DNA of 64,000 nt from Octopus vulgaris (GCA_951406725.2 OX597816.1:29574001-29638000); one strand, 5' to 3'; numbered from the stretch's first letter, positions 1 through 11,930 are shown. Numbers and translations: made by a program. The notes: generated by a model from the letters alone, not told the origin.

Positions 1-991
1 AGCTCTCGGTGATCGCTGTAATAGTAAACATATTTGACCACCGTTGATCGTTGACCGCAAGGGTGCGACACTTCTTTTGTTTCTTGTTCGCGCAGGAATT
101 CAAAGCCCCATTGTTGATCTCCTTCACACCATCTGACGAACCTGTTTACAGATTTATGGAATTTTGCTGTCTATTCACCAAGTCACTTCCCTTCCACCTA
201 CTATCCCCTCCAATCCTCACGTATTTATGATCATCTCAAGTACAAGACAAAAGTCGAAACTAATCAACATTTAATAATACCACATAGTAGTAGGAGCAAA
301 TATGGCAGACTTAACAAAATAAAGGATATATTGTCGCCATGGCTACAAAGGTTAGCCACAACGATACTGATCAAAGTACTACTGGTGGTACCTAGCAATG
401 AACAATGCTGTAAGGGCAAGGTTAAAGTAATTGTAGCAGTATTAATGGTGAAGTTGACAACAATGGCAGACAAAACAACCGTCTCTACATCTGCCACACA
501 GGTCTCAATGCTAATGATTTTAATGTAATACAAATATGTCTTACGAAACATAGAGAAAAACTACAAAAGTTCATAAAATCGCTTGTGCTATGATTAATCT
601 GAAAGCGCGTCTCCCAGGAGGGAGCCAGCCTGGGGTCGAAATGTCCGCCACTGGCACAAACTCTTATCTGTATACGAACCTGGATGGTCTCTTGAAGAGG
701 ACCTGCTCCAGCCCCGCGCTCCAAGCTCACCATCACACCCACCACAGGAAAAAGAATGTAAGAGGATGATATGAACCCAAGAAGAGTATATAGAAGTAAT
801 ATACGCATATTGCTATGCATTAGGTAGGCTATCTAAAGAGAAACATACAGCACACTCTTATCAAATAGAGAGAACACGAAAATAAATTAGCAAATGCTAG
901 GAGGGATATCTTCAGAAATAAAAGACTCACAGATAATGAATAACCGCGATCAAGCACGCAGCGGAAAATGAACTAAATATACGACAGAAAG

Positions 992-1243
992 TTGAAGCGC
1001 GTGGCTTAGTGATTAGGGTGTCAGCACCATGATCGGAAGATAGTGGTTTCGATTTCTAGCCCGGGAGACGCGTTGTGTTCTTGAGCAAAACACTTCATTT
1101 CACGTTGCTCCAGTCCACTCAGCTGGCAAAAATGAGTAACGCTGCGATGGACTGGCGTCTCGTCCAGCAGGGGAACTCATACGCCATAGAAACTGGGAAG
1201 CCGGGCCCATGAGGCTGGCTAGAATTTAATATTTATTTATTAT
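992..1243 (+). mobile_element. tRNA-derived SINE (CORE-like central domain) with 14-bp target-site duplication
   Basis: A-box-like TGGCTTAGTGATTAG and B-box-like GGTTTCGATTTC, followed by TGTGTTCTTGAGCAAAACACTT. Direct repeat TATACGACAGAAAG at 978-991 and 1244-1257. Confidence 0.8.
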
Positions 1244-2822
1244 TATACGACAGAAAGGAAATGAAGAACAAGACGAAGAAAACAACTCTCCGGGAGTCTT
1301 TAATTAAAAGACTACCATCTGACGAGAACACGTAAACGTCTGAAGAAATAAATTGCAATGCACCTGATAAACATAGCGAGGTAAGTGCTAAAGTAACAAT
1401 ATTTGAAGACTACACTTTTACTGAAGAGCATAGAGAACCTATGATAGAACTGAAGTAGAAAATCCTGAATAAGCTTGAAGTTGTAAGATACGCTAATATG
1501 TATGATAGAGAAACAATTCATAAACTCTCAAATGCAATCCAAAATAGAAAACAAATTATAATTGTCTATTTAACAAAAGAAATTTACAAGAACTAAAACC
1601 AGATCTCATGCAGTTAACGAATTATTTATGCAGTTGCTAATACAATTGAAACCAGTTATATGCTTCTGAATAAACAAAGAAATACAAACCTGAGAAGAAT
1701 TCCAAACTGCAAAAGTAAAATTGAAAAAGAGATTGAAATAATGAGAGGTGAAATATCAACATTAAATGAGCTCATTTGTGAAAACTATGTAAAATCCAGA
1801 AAAGGAGAAAAGATGAAGGGAAAACACATTCTCACTAAGAGGAAGGCTTTCAATAAAGGAAACACTCCAACAAAAATCCAAACAAAAGATAAAAAAAATA
1901 CGAAGATTTGAGAAGAGAAATAAGTTTTACAAGCAAAATAAGCTGTTCATATCCAATGCGAAAACATTTTACACATTACTAGGGAAGGAGAATATAACAT
2001 TTGAAGGCCCTGTTCCCTTGGAAGAAGCTGAAAACTTATGGAAAAAATTTGGAGTGATGAAAGGAGATACAATGAAAATGCAGACTGTATTATATGCCCA
2101 GAAGGATTCTACAAACAATTGCCAGAACAAGCATGGGACGACATCTCAGTAATAGACCTAACACTTACGAAGGCTCATAAGAGGGAATCCTCTGGTAAAG
2201 ATAGGGTACCAAATTTCTGGCTCACATTGCTTTCATACGCACAGGAAATGTACGTACAGTTATTCAACGAAATTATGACAGATGCTGAGAAAAAAACCTG
2301 ATTCGTTAGCAAGTGGGATTGCCTATCTACCCCCGAAGAATAATGAAACCAAATTTCTCCAAAACTATCGAACCATAACATGTCTATCTACAGCAAGCAA
2401 ACAAGCTTGGCCCGTAGCAAACAAGTTGATGTTGACCAAAAGTACAAACATCAGTGGCTACGGAGCTCGGGGCTAAACGCAGAGTGAAGGCTTTATCTTC
2501 GCTGCTCAAGATCTGAGCTTATTGACCTGGAACTATCAAGTTAATGTGATGAATAATGGAGCAGACCCAAAGTGCCGTTACTGCAACGATGGAATTGAAA
2601 CAGTGGACTACCTAATCTCTGGGTTTAAGTTCTGGCACCTGTAAAGTAAAAATCAAGACATGGCGGTACTGGTGAATATCTACACTGGATTATAAAATTG
2701 GCATTATAAAATCAAAACTGCTGACAAACGTTACAAGCACCACCCTGAGGTTTTAACTGATGGAGAAAATGTAACGATTCTTAGGGACTTTCCAGTATGT
2801 ACAGACCGGACCATCAGAGGAA

Positions 2823-3480
2823 GGAATTACAACCGTGTTTCGTGGTCTGCTACCACAACATCTCCTTCATAGGATCCAGTTAGCTCAAGACATCATCAGG
2901 AGGAACCACGTCCGGTTTCGGCCTCTACTCCTCTACCGTTTTGACGTGGCAGGGCACCCCACTTTCGGAGGTGTCTTCAGCTCTGGTGTTGGGTGCATGT
3001 CTTCTTTCTTCTTTCTTCTGTTCCCTGGCCTCTTCGATATATCGACAGCGAGTGTCAGCCGGTGACTGACTTTCTTGTCAAATTTCTCCGTTTAAATACC
3101 TATTTCTTTATTACCCACAATGGGCTAAACACAGAGGGAAGAAACAAGGACAGACATAAGTATTAAGTCGATTACATCGACCCCAGTTCGTAACTGGTAC
3201 TTAATTTATCGACCCCGAAAGGATGAAAGGCAAAGTCGACCTCGGCGGGATTTGAACTCAGATCGTAAAGTAAATACCTGCCGCATAGGCTCCAGCAGGC
3301 AGCCCCAGCAAGTTGTCACGTGACACTGCCTCACCTTAACTGACTAGTGAAGGCGCGTAGTTTTAGCCCGCGCTTTTTCTAAACGACCGTCACCTGTCAG
3401 CAGGCAGCCCCAGTAAGTTGTCATGTGACACTGTCTCACCTTAACTGACTAGCGGAGGCGCATAGTTTTAGCTCGCGCTA
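2823..3480 (-). mobile_element. Unclassified GC-richer insertion, possibly the 5' UTR/ORF1 start of a retroelement, with a ~105-bp-period tandem duplication
   Basis: Interrupts the Dong/R4 endonuclease region. AGGCAGCCCCAG..GTTTTAGCYCGCGCT is repeated at ~3297-3374 and ~3401-3479. On the minus strand a basic reading frame (MRQVFKRRNLTRK...) appears once the SINE is removed. Confidence 0.35.
3102..3270 (-). mobile_element. 5'-truncated SINE of the dominant family (Tx1-like tail subfamily) with 9-bp TSD
   Basis: Body GAGTTCAAATCCCGCCGAGGTCGACTTTGCCTTTCATCCTTTCGGGGTCG and tail ...GTGGGTAATAAAGAAAT on minus. Flanked by TAAATACCT at 3093-3101 and 3271-3279. Confidence 0.85.
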
Positions 3481-4814
3481 AACGAGATATTGTTGCGAAA
3501 GACCAGAACGATAAAGAATACTCTGAGACCAGAATATCTCGACAAAAGAATATCTCAAGGTTTGAAAATATAAAGATTTGTTAATCGAAATCGAAAAGAT
3601 TCGCCATCTCAAGACGGTTACAATACCAGTGTTTGTAGGAGCACTTGGAATTATCAAAAAAGGAAAATAGAATAATTTGAGGATGATTTCTAGCTTATCA
3701 TCCATGCAGGAAGTGCGAAAGATAGTCTTAATGTGTACGTCACACGTACTGAGAAGTGTATTGTCGTTGTGATATTTTTATTCTGTACTGGCAATATCGC
3801 CCGGCGATGATCGGGTTTGATTCGACAATTTAGAATTGGAATTGTTGAAAAGTAGCTTGTTATTCTCTTTAATTGAACATTTTTCTGGTTGAAATACACC
3901 GAAAAATGGCGACACGGCAGTCAAAAAATCTTAAAAAATAGGGATTTTCATAGAAAAAAAAGCACCTGTTTGATGTAAATAATTCATGGTCTTAACATGG
4001 TCTGATTTGAATTTTTTCTTCTGCGAAAGGAAGAGCAAGCTTTCTTCTATCTTACTCTTAATTTTAGTCAACTTGCTCCGCAGAGTCTCGGAGAGGATAG
4101 TGTTAGTTGAAGGCTACCAAACCCGCCATACACAGACAACTTCAGCTTTATATATAGAGAGATTTACCTTTTTTTCGTTTTTTCCTTATTTTTGTCTTTC
4201 TTCCCACTTTCCTCTATCACATGACTTTGTAAATGACAATATGGAAAAAGAATTGAAAGAAGACGATAATAATTACAACAACAACAACAACAATAACAAT
4301 AATAATAATAATAATGCTTTCAAATTTGCCACAAGGCCTGAAATTTTGCCGAAGGTGATCAAACGATACGATCGATCCCAGTACGCAACTGGCACTTCAG
4401 TGCTGCTTTCTGCAGGTACCCCACCCTTATTTCTCAAGACGGTTTTTTTTCCTTTATATTTGGCTGCTACAATTAGGTTCTATGTTTCGTTTTTTAATTG
4501 CCCTTTTTAAACTAAGCCCAGAATTTTGTTCCAGATACGTCTTCATAGGCTCTCCAAAACTGGTCATGCGAGGGTTTCTCTTGAATCTGCCAGACGTGCT
4601 CTCTTTGTATTTCATTCTTGTCCTGTTCTCTTATTACGCGCTGCATCACCTCTTTTTATTTACTGCCATTAGTAGCTTCCCTGTGTTACTCTGTAAATAC
4701 TCTATTAGGATTTTTCTTTCCATCTCTCCATCTCGTAACCTATGTAACATGGAAATGCCCATTAAACTAACTCACTGGCAATGCCTATAGAATAGTATGT
4801 GTTCTGTTTCCACG

Positions 4815-5022
4815 CAAGCGCGCTGGGCGAAATGCTTAGCGATATTTCGTCTGTCGTTACGTTCTGAGTTCAAATTCCGCCGAGGTCGACTTTGCCTGTC
4901 ATCCTTTCGGGGTCGATAAATTAAGTACCAGTTACGCACTGGGGTTGATGTAATCAACTTAATCCCTTTCTCTGTCCTTGTTCGTCCCCTCTATGTTTAG
5001 CCCCTTGTGGGCAGTAAAGAAA
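4815..5022 (+). mobile_element. Dominant-family tRNA-derived SINE
   Basis: GGGCGAAATGCTTAGC..GAGTTCAAATTCCGCCGAGGTCGAC..CCTTTCGGGGTCGATAAATTAAGTACCAG..TTTAGCCCCTTGTGGGCAGTAAAGAAA; more than 10 homologous copies in the window. Confidence 0.85.
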
Positions 5023-5034
5023 ATATATATATTA

Positions 5035-5081
<47 letters not shown>

Positions 5082-5134
5082 GTTTAAATATTTGTTGTGC
5101 AAGATTTTTTATGTGAAGTCGTGTGTTGAAACAG

Positions 5135-6110
5135 ATATTGTTATATTTCGGAATGGTCATATTGCCAGTTTAGCCAATAAAAACACACGCACTATATATT
5201 TGGTGTTATTTTGCTTCAGTGATATTTATTTTTTACATTAATCTTAATCTTATTTCGGCCAAAGTTCTTTCGTCACACTCCTGTGACCGCATCAGTGGTC
5301 CTTTGTTTTCTTCTCACTTACTTGTGTCTCTCCTTACTAACCGTCAGCCATTTTGTATTTCTATTGTATGTCTTCATTTGCGCATGCTTATATCTCTATG
5401 TGCGTCTATGTTTATTTAGTGTGTGGGGGGGATGTCTGTAATATTTGTATCTTCTGGTTATATACATTCTTGTAATTTGTATTTTGTTTTTGTTGTTGTT
5501 GCTTTTGTTCTAATTTTGTTCATGTGTTTACATCCACCCATTATTATCATTACATATGCTTGTATGTATGTATAACAACAATATTAGTAATAATAATAAT
5601 AAATCTAATCGAGAAAAAAAAAAAAAAAAAAAAAAAAGAATATACATATACATATATATATATATATATACATACACATACATATACATATATATATATA
5701 CATATATACACACATATATACACATATACATACACATAGATATTCATTTCTATTTCTTTAATTACCTGTGTATTTATTATGTTTGCAGGATCCACTATTG
5801 TCATATGTTGTGGTGTGCGCTATTGCTCCATTCTAGTTTTCTATTCAGGCTAGGTTTATTTTCTATTATATGTGTAGCTTCTGTAATTTGTCTAATTGTT
5901 GCATCTGTTCTATGTGTGGACAATATCTTAATCTCTATGTTATTGATTGATCCCCCGTGTTCTTGTTCGGCGTGTTGGTACAGAATCGATGAGCTTTTAC
6001 CTTCCTTGAGTTGTCTCCAATGTTCATTCACCCGCTCACCAATGCTTCTTGCAGTTTCCCCTACGTATGTTACTGTCTTGTTACTGCATCGTCCCTCTAT
6101 ACATCTTATA
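5135..6110. repeat. Left arm of ~975-bp inverted repeat (Penelope 3' end)
   Basis: Reverse complement of 8400-9373. The differences I found are confined to the poly-A and poly-G tracts. Confidence 0.95.
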
Positions 6111-6412
6111 CTATAGACCACATTTCTGGCTTTACAGTTCGTTTGTGGGCTAAATCTACATACAGTGCAATAGTTATCCGTACAGAGAGTTCTACTAAAA
6201 GGATAGGTTCTACCAATTATAGATCTGATAGGGTTGCCTGGCTTTTCAACAACCTTAATTCTTAGTTTAAGTTTATCTAGGGTCCTTCTAAAGCGGTACG
6301 CTAGTTCACCTCCAGGGGTGGTGTCAACGAACATGACACTCTGGTATTTATGGCTATCATACCAAGAGTTGGCCTTCCTTATTTTCTTTTTGTCCTTTCT
6401 ATAGTGTTCCAT
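5801..6412 (-). CDS. Penelope-like Cys-rich linker + GIY-YIG endonuclease, in -1 frame relative to the RT
   Basis: [62 protein letters not shown]. Confidence 0.9.
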   Translation of the reverse strand: MEHYRKDKKKIRKANSWYDSHKYQSVMFVDTTPGGELAYRFRRTLDKLKLRIKVVEKPGNPIRSIIGRTYPFSRTLCTDNYCTVCRFSPQTNCKARNVVYSIRCIEGRCSNKTVTYVGETARSIGERVNEHWRQLKEGKSSSILYQHAEQEHGGSINNIEIKILSTHRTDATIRQITEATHIIENKPSLNRKLEWSNSAHHNI

Positions 6413-8499
6413 GACTTGTTCCTATAGAGTGGGCAAATCCCATTCCTATCATTACATAATATATTATCAAATTTCTTCATGGCTCCTTTGTATACTCTGA
6501 TCCTTTCTTTATGGCTGTAACCTGAGAACTGCATGCGGTGAATGAAATACTGTATGTGTCTCTTTAATTCTGTAGGCTCGCACATGCGTGACACATTTCT
6601 CATTATTCTGACGAGGTCTGCCATCAAAATATTGAATTTGGCATTGCCCGCAATGGCTGAGTTCCGGTGGATCAGGTATTTTGAGGCCATAGGTTTTGCA
6701 TAGTATGAATGAAGGATTTGGGTTTTATTTTTCACAATTTCTAGCCAGAGTTCAGTGTCTAGTACTGGTAGTCTATGGTTGGGGTGTTTAGTGGGGTAGT
6801 CTATTGTGACCTTAATACTCTGGTGGATGGAGTTAGCTATTTGCTGGATGCTCTCCATAGTATTAGTTTCTATTACTATATCAACCGTACTCTCTTGTGG
6901 GGGTGCCTTTACTACTATATTGATATCATCAACATAGCGAGAGTACATGTTTACGAGTATGGATTTCTGCAGTAGGCATTCTTTAAGCCTTCTGTCCCAC
7001 CATACCATGAAGAGGTTGGCCACATCACCAGCGATACTAACACCGATAGCTGCCCCCTCGTCCTGGGCATATATTTTATTATTAAATTTAAATGTGTGGC
7101 CTTTTAGGGTAACTCTTATACTAGCTCCTAGTGCATGTGCGATCATTTTCTTTACCTGATGGACATTTGCGGGGCTCCGTATGGCTCTGGTCCATCCGCG
7201 CCATCTTTCTATATGTGTCTTCCTAGCCATAGAAGTAATTGTAGGCGGTCTACCTCTTAAACATCTACTGGGGCAGAAACTACTAAGATTATGTTTATCT
7301 AAGTATTCACTATTATATGTCAGTCTAAGTAGGAGGCCCAGTTCTTCTGTGTCGACATTACAGAACTCCACCTGGCTCTCGTTGATCATCTCCACGCACT
7401 TCTCCACTGCAAAATCTACGTCAATCGATGGGTATAGGGATACCACATCCATGCTACCTACTATACATCCTGTCAAGTCACAAGTTTTGTTACAGTCACT
7501 GATCCTGCTTAGGAGATCTTCTGTGCTGTCACATACATCAGGTGACATCCTGATTATAGGGCGTATGATCATTGAGAGGAAGTAGGAGATTCTGTAATTG
7601 CTAGCGATATTCGCTCCACAGACTGGTCTTGTTGGTGGTCCTGCTATAGGGTCAGTAAAACCTTTATGGTCCTTGCGAAGTCCATACAGTGCCGGGATAT
7701 CATTGTTCCAGGCTTGGAAATTCTTTGCAGTACGTTTCTGAGGTCCCAGAACAATTGTCCACATCATCATGTGGGCATTGAGGACCTTTTCTCTCTCCTC
7801 ATGCACCTGTACAGTTGTTACTTTTGTATTGGCGATATGAGGTTGCATTGCCTGGATGTAGTTCGGTAAGCTGTCTATTGACATCCTGCCTGACTTATCC
7901 GTGGGAAGGCATATCACCTCTCCGTTCCTCGTGCGCTGAATGAGCTTCTGTAGGCCACATGCAGGTTTAATCCCTAGTTGTTGGGCATCTGTCTTATTCT
8001 GTCTCTGTCTCTTAATGTATAAACCTAAAATCTGTCTAAGTTTGGTCCTAGCTATAGTGAACTGTGCTTCCATGTGGTCATTAGTACGTCTTGGGATGTA
8101 TACCCTTTTGTTGAAGGGTAATGTTGTTGGATAAATTCGGTTCATGCAGTAAGTTTTGTCGCATACGTTGAAGAATTGAGTGTCAAAGGGATGGGTATAC
8201 ATGTCAATGGTCTCTCTAGGGTTATCTTCATTATCGTTACTGTTTCCAACATCAGCCTTCCTATTATTATTATCACCATTACCACTACTACTACTACTAC
8301 TAGTATTCCTATTACCACCACAACTATCACTACTATCCTCATTACTACTTCTACTGTTACCATCACCACTACTACTACCACTATTATTGTTATTACCTTT
8401 ATAAGATGTATAGAGGGACGATGCAGTAACAAGACAGTAACATACGTAGGGGAAACTGCAAGAAGCATTGGTGAGCGGGTGAATGAACATTGGAGACAA
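6379..8499 (-). CDS. Penelope-like reverse transcriptase (first ~33 aa are an artefact of the inverted arm; true element sequence starts at ~8399)
   Basis: Motifs LPTDKSG, LYGLRKDHK..PTRPVC, GSMDVVSLYPSI, QDEGAAIG..AGDVANLFM, YSRYVDD, LPVLDT and YYAKP, in a 706-aa stop-free frame. Confidence 0.92.
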   Translation of the reverse strand: MSPMFIHPLTNASCSFPYVCYCLVTASSLYTSYKGNNNNSGSSSGDGNSRSSNEDSSDSCGGNRNTSSSSSSGNGDNNNRKADVGNSNDNEDNPRETIDMYTHPFDTQFFNVCDKTYCMNRIYPTTLPFNKRVYIPRRTNDHMEAQFTIARTKLRQILGLYIKRQRQNKTDAQQLGIKPACGLQKLIQRTRNGEVICLPTDKSGRMSIDSLPNYIQAMQPHIANTKVTTVQVHEEREKVLNAHMMMWTIVLGPQKRTAKNFQAWNNDIPALYGLRKDHKGFTDPIAGPPTRPVCGANIASNYRISYFLSMIIRPIIRMSPDVCDSTEDLLSRISDCNKTCDLTGCIVGSMDVVSLYPSIDVDFAVEKCVEMINESQVEFCNVDTEELGLLLRLTYNSEYLDKHNLSSFCPSRCLRGRPPTITSMARKTHIERWRGWTRAIRSPANVHQVKKMIAHALGASIRVTLKGHTFKFNNKIYAQDEGAAIGVSIAGDVANLFMVWWDRRLKECLLQKSILVNMYSRYVDDINIVVKAPPQESTVDIVIETNTMESIQQIANSIHQSIKVTIDYPTKHPNHRLPVLDTELWLEIVKNKTQILHSYYAKPMASKYLIHRNSAIAGNAKFNILMADLVRIMRNVSRMCEPTELKRHIQYFIHRMQFSGYSHKERIRVYKGAMKKFDNILCNDRNGICPLYRNKSWNTIERTKRK

Positions 8500-9365
8500 C
8501 TCAAGGAAGGTAAAAGCTCATCGATTCTGTACCAACACGCCGAACAAGAACACGGGGGATCAATCAATAACATAGAGATTAAGATATTGTCCACACATAG
8601 AACAGATGCAACAATTAGACAAATTACAGAAGCTACACATATAATAGAAAATAAACCTAGCCTGAATAGAAAACTAGAATGGAGCAATAGCGCACACCAC
8701 AACATATGACAATAGTGGATCCTGCAAACATAATAAATACACAGGTAATTAAAGAAATAGAAATGAATATCTATGTGTATGTATATGTGTATATATGTGT
8801 GTATATATGTATATATATATATGTATATGTATGTGTATGTATATATATATATATATATGTATATGTATATTCTTTTTTTTTTTTTTTTTTTTTTTCGATT
8901 AGATTTATTATTATTATTACTAATATTGTTGTTATACATACATACAAGCATATGTAATGATAATAATGGGTGGATGTAAACACATGAACAAAATTAGAAC
9001 AAAAGCAACAACAACAAAAACAAAATACAAATTACAAGAATGTATATAACCAGAAGATACAAATATTACAGACATCCCCCCCCACACACTAAATAAACAT
9101 AGACGCACATAGAGATATAAGCATGCGCAAATGAAGACATACAATAGAAATACAAAATGGCTGACGGTTAGTAAGGAGAGACACAAGTAAGTGAGAAGAA
9201 AACAAAGGACCACTGATGCGGTCACAGGAGTGTGACGAAAGAACTTTGGCCGAAATAAGATTAAGATTAATGTAAAAAATAAATATCACTGAAGCAAAAT
9301 AACACCAAATATATAGTGCGTGTGTTTTTATTGGCTAAACTGGCAATATGACCATTCCGAAATAT

Positions 9366-9373
<8 letters not shown>
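8400..9373. repeat. Right arm of ~975-bp inverted repeat (inverted pseudo-LTR containing the endonuclease C-terminus and 3' UTR)
   Basis: ORF 8176..8709 reproduces 'IRCIEGRC...SAHHNI' of ORF 5801..6412 on the opposite strand. Confidence 0.95.
9207..9251 (+). ncRNA. Candidate minimal type I hammerhead ribozyme with variant core (mirror copy at 5257-5301, minus)
   Basis: CCA-CTGATGCG-GTCACA(GGAG)TGTGAC-GAAA-GAAC-TT-TGG: 6-bp stem II, CTGATG and GAAA boxes, sense orientation in the Penelope 3' UTR. A9 is replaced by C. Confidence 0.5.
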
Positions 9374-9410
<37 letters not shown>

Positions 9411-11379
9411 AATACATACATACATATATACATTCAGGCACAGACGCACAGATCCTATGACCGCGAGTCCGCTCCCCTAACCACTGGGCCATTGCGCCTC
9501 CACGCGTGCTCACCTACTCAAGTATTAATCCATAATAAGCATCAATTAACACTCACTTTAACTTTTATAAGCGATTCTGTTATTTATATTGTTATAGTCT
9601 AGGTTTTAGCAGTGCACTCACAGTATGAGTTTATTCAAAATTATTACTATTCTATAATCTAAAATCTCAAATTTCTATTGTTTTTCACTATTTTTCGCGT
9701 GCTTTAATGACTTTCATAATTTCATTTCCATAAGTTCCGTTTCGTGATCTTATAATTATATAATTTTATATCTAGATTTTTTAAGATATATTTTTCATGA
9801 TTATGGCTTTGCATGTTTCCTATAATTTCCACATTGACTCATTTTACAACCTACACAATCTTTGTAACTGTGTATGAAACAGCTTTCTTAAAATCTTTGA
9901 ATTGCTTTATACTTTTATTCTTTTAATACAATAGCCATTTTAACTTTTAATATCTTATGTTCGAAATTTTTAAAAAAACTTATAACGGCGGCTAATTTCT
10001 ATGTAATGCTTATTTTCCTTCAATTTCGAATATAAAACTGTTAAATTACTAACACCAGATGAAGGCTAGTTTTGGTTATTCTACACTGAAACATGAAATA
10101 GGATAAATAGACTCTGCATTATGAAATAGGCAGTAATCATTCCAGAAAAAACAGTCTTTCCGGTTAATAATTTTAATTAATGAATTGGTTATTTATTGGT
10201 TAATTTATCAATTGATTGATTTATGTATGTCTGAAAATTGAATTCATTTATATATCTATTTCATATTGCCCCACTCCATTCTGATCGAAATGAGTACCTT
10301 GCCAAGGACTGGGGTTGTGTTTAAGTGGATTGTTCGGATCTCGGTTATTATTATCGGCTGTATGAGTAATAGGATATTGACGGACTTTACATCCTTGAAA
10401 TTTAGGGAAAACAAAAATTACCAGCCCAGGAAGGTATGTTTTTAGTCACATGATTAATTCTTACAAGAACAATTAGAGATGGTTTGCGCCGTGCATCTAC
10501 AATATCTGGATGTAGTCAAAACAATAACTATATCAAATTACCTCTCCAGTTCTAGAACAAGGATTTATTTAAATTTTGTGTATAAATATGGCTACTTAAA
10601 ATTATAATACAATTTAGAATTGACAGCTTAATTTATATCGCAAATGAAACTCATATTAAATATGTTACCTTGAAATTAAGCTGTTATTCTTTTTTTTATG
10701 TTGAAACATTTTCTAGCAAGAGTGAAAGGAGTGAAGATATTTACAACATTGGCTGTTAAAATGTCACAGGCTTAAATGCGGACAATGCATTCATATCAAA
10801 AATAAACTAAAAATCGAAATAGACAAGTGAAAACGCAACCGATACACACACAATTTTATTGATTTCGCAATGTAATATTTCCTTAAGGGGAAAATTATTT
10901 TTAGTGCTCTTCAATTTTTCAACACAATCTATTACGAGTGCTAATATATCTTTAATATTTTATTGTTTAACGTTCTGTTATATCCTATGGCTGGGCACTT
11001 AACTCTACTTGTATTACAGAGCCGAAATACTTCATGTCTAATCGAGAAATATTACCTCATTGTTCTTGTACTGTATTCTTCTTCCTTTTAATCCGTTTCT
11101 ACGATCATGGCCATCATAGTTAACGTCATCGTCAGCACTATCGTTGTTGTTAGTGGTGGTATATTTTATATTGAGTGGACGTGCTCAAACATAGCTTCGT
11201 GGAAGATATGCCTGTACCACACTGCATTTAATGAAAGCATTGTATTCTTTTTTTTTATAATTTGCGACGAGAACGCTTTGGAATACTTGAATATCCACTT
11301 CAGGTTACTTTAGTGTTTGTGTTCGGAGATTTTTTAATATTTCTTATTTTGGTAAACATACGTTAAATTATATTTAAAT

Positions 11380-11930
11380 ATGGCTTTTTCAACTGGGATA
11401 ACGGTGAACTGTACTAGTTGCAAACAAGTCAGTTGGTGATTATTGGGCTCTTGAAAATCCGAAAGACCTGCTCGAAAGAACACTGCCTAGCCTAAAAGCG
11501 AGGGTCTGGTGTGTTGTTGGAAAAGCGCCGTCAGTGGTCCTTAATTTTTTGAAGATGATAATGGAAATACTGCTACTGTGATCTCCGGACGTTACCTAGA
11601 GATGATAAACAACGTATGTGTATCCGACGTGTGTGGTTTCAGCCAGAGCATCAATGGACGTTCTTCGCACTCTCTTCTGTGATTGCCTCATTTTCATGTT
11701 TGCTGATATTCCTTGGCCCCCTCGGTCCACTGATTTGACAATGTGTGATTATTTCTGGCAGGGAAACCTCAAGACGCGTGTGTATGCGCATAAGCCCCAT
11801 ACATATGGAAGTCGCCCCAATCGACAGATCAATGCTGGAGAGAGTGGAGGCCAAACTCCAACAACGCCTTTAAAAATGCATCAACGAATTCGGACACCAC
11901 ATGACGGATGTTGTTTCCCTTTTTGACAAA
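11380..11930 (+). pseudogene. Tc1/mariner-superfamily transposase relic
   Basis: 'YWALENP', 'RVWCVV..GP.FFEDDNGNTATVISGRYLEMI', 'VWFQ', 'WPPRSTDLTMCDYFWQGNLKTRVY'. Confidence 0.8.

Larger units (their letters stand above)
492..3770 (+). mobile_element. Degenerate Dong/R4-type non-LTR retrotransposon (RT + restriction-like endonuclease), internally deleted and interrupted by two insertions
   Basis: Frame-broken peptides: 'KAHKRESSGKDRVPNFWL', 'NYRTITCL', 'EGFIFAAQD', 'CRYCNDGIETVDYLISG', 'ENVTIL.DFPVCTDRTI' and, after 3480, 'KYKDLLIEIEK..LKTVTIPVFVGALGIIKK'. The 5' end matches the second copy ending at 51211. Confidence 0.8.
5081..9373 (-). mobile_element. Young Penelope-like retroelement (probably Neptune-type), 5'-truncated with an inverted 5' pseudo-LTR, inserted between (TA)n tracts
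   Basis: RT ORF and GIY-YIG ORF on minus. 5135-6110 is the reverse complement of 8400-9373. (TA)n on both flanks. Confidence 0.92.

Noticed and set aside
1-145. Possible host exon on minus (open frame GSSDGVKEINNGALNSCANKKQKKCRT... after ACAG)
   Set aside because: Short, cut by the window edge, weak acceptor and no recognisable domain.
2830-2990. CTGAAGA/CTGATGA and GAAA boxes on minus suggesting a hammerhead
   Set aside because: No consistent stem I/II/III arrangement could be built.
5524-6116. ORFs rich in [11 protein letters not shown] or LLL (here and throughout the window)
   Set aside because: Translations of microsatellites, not genes.
10050-10140. CAGATGAAGG...CTGAAACATG hammerhead-like motif
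   Set aside because: Core and stems are too degenerate to support.
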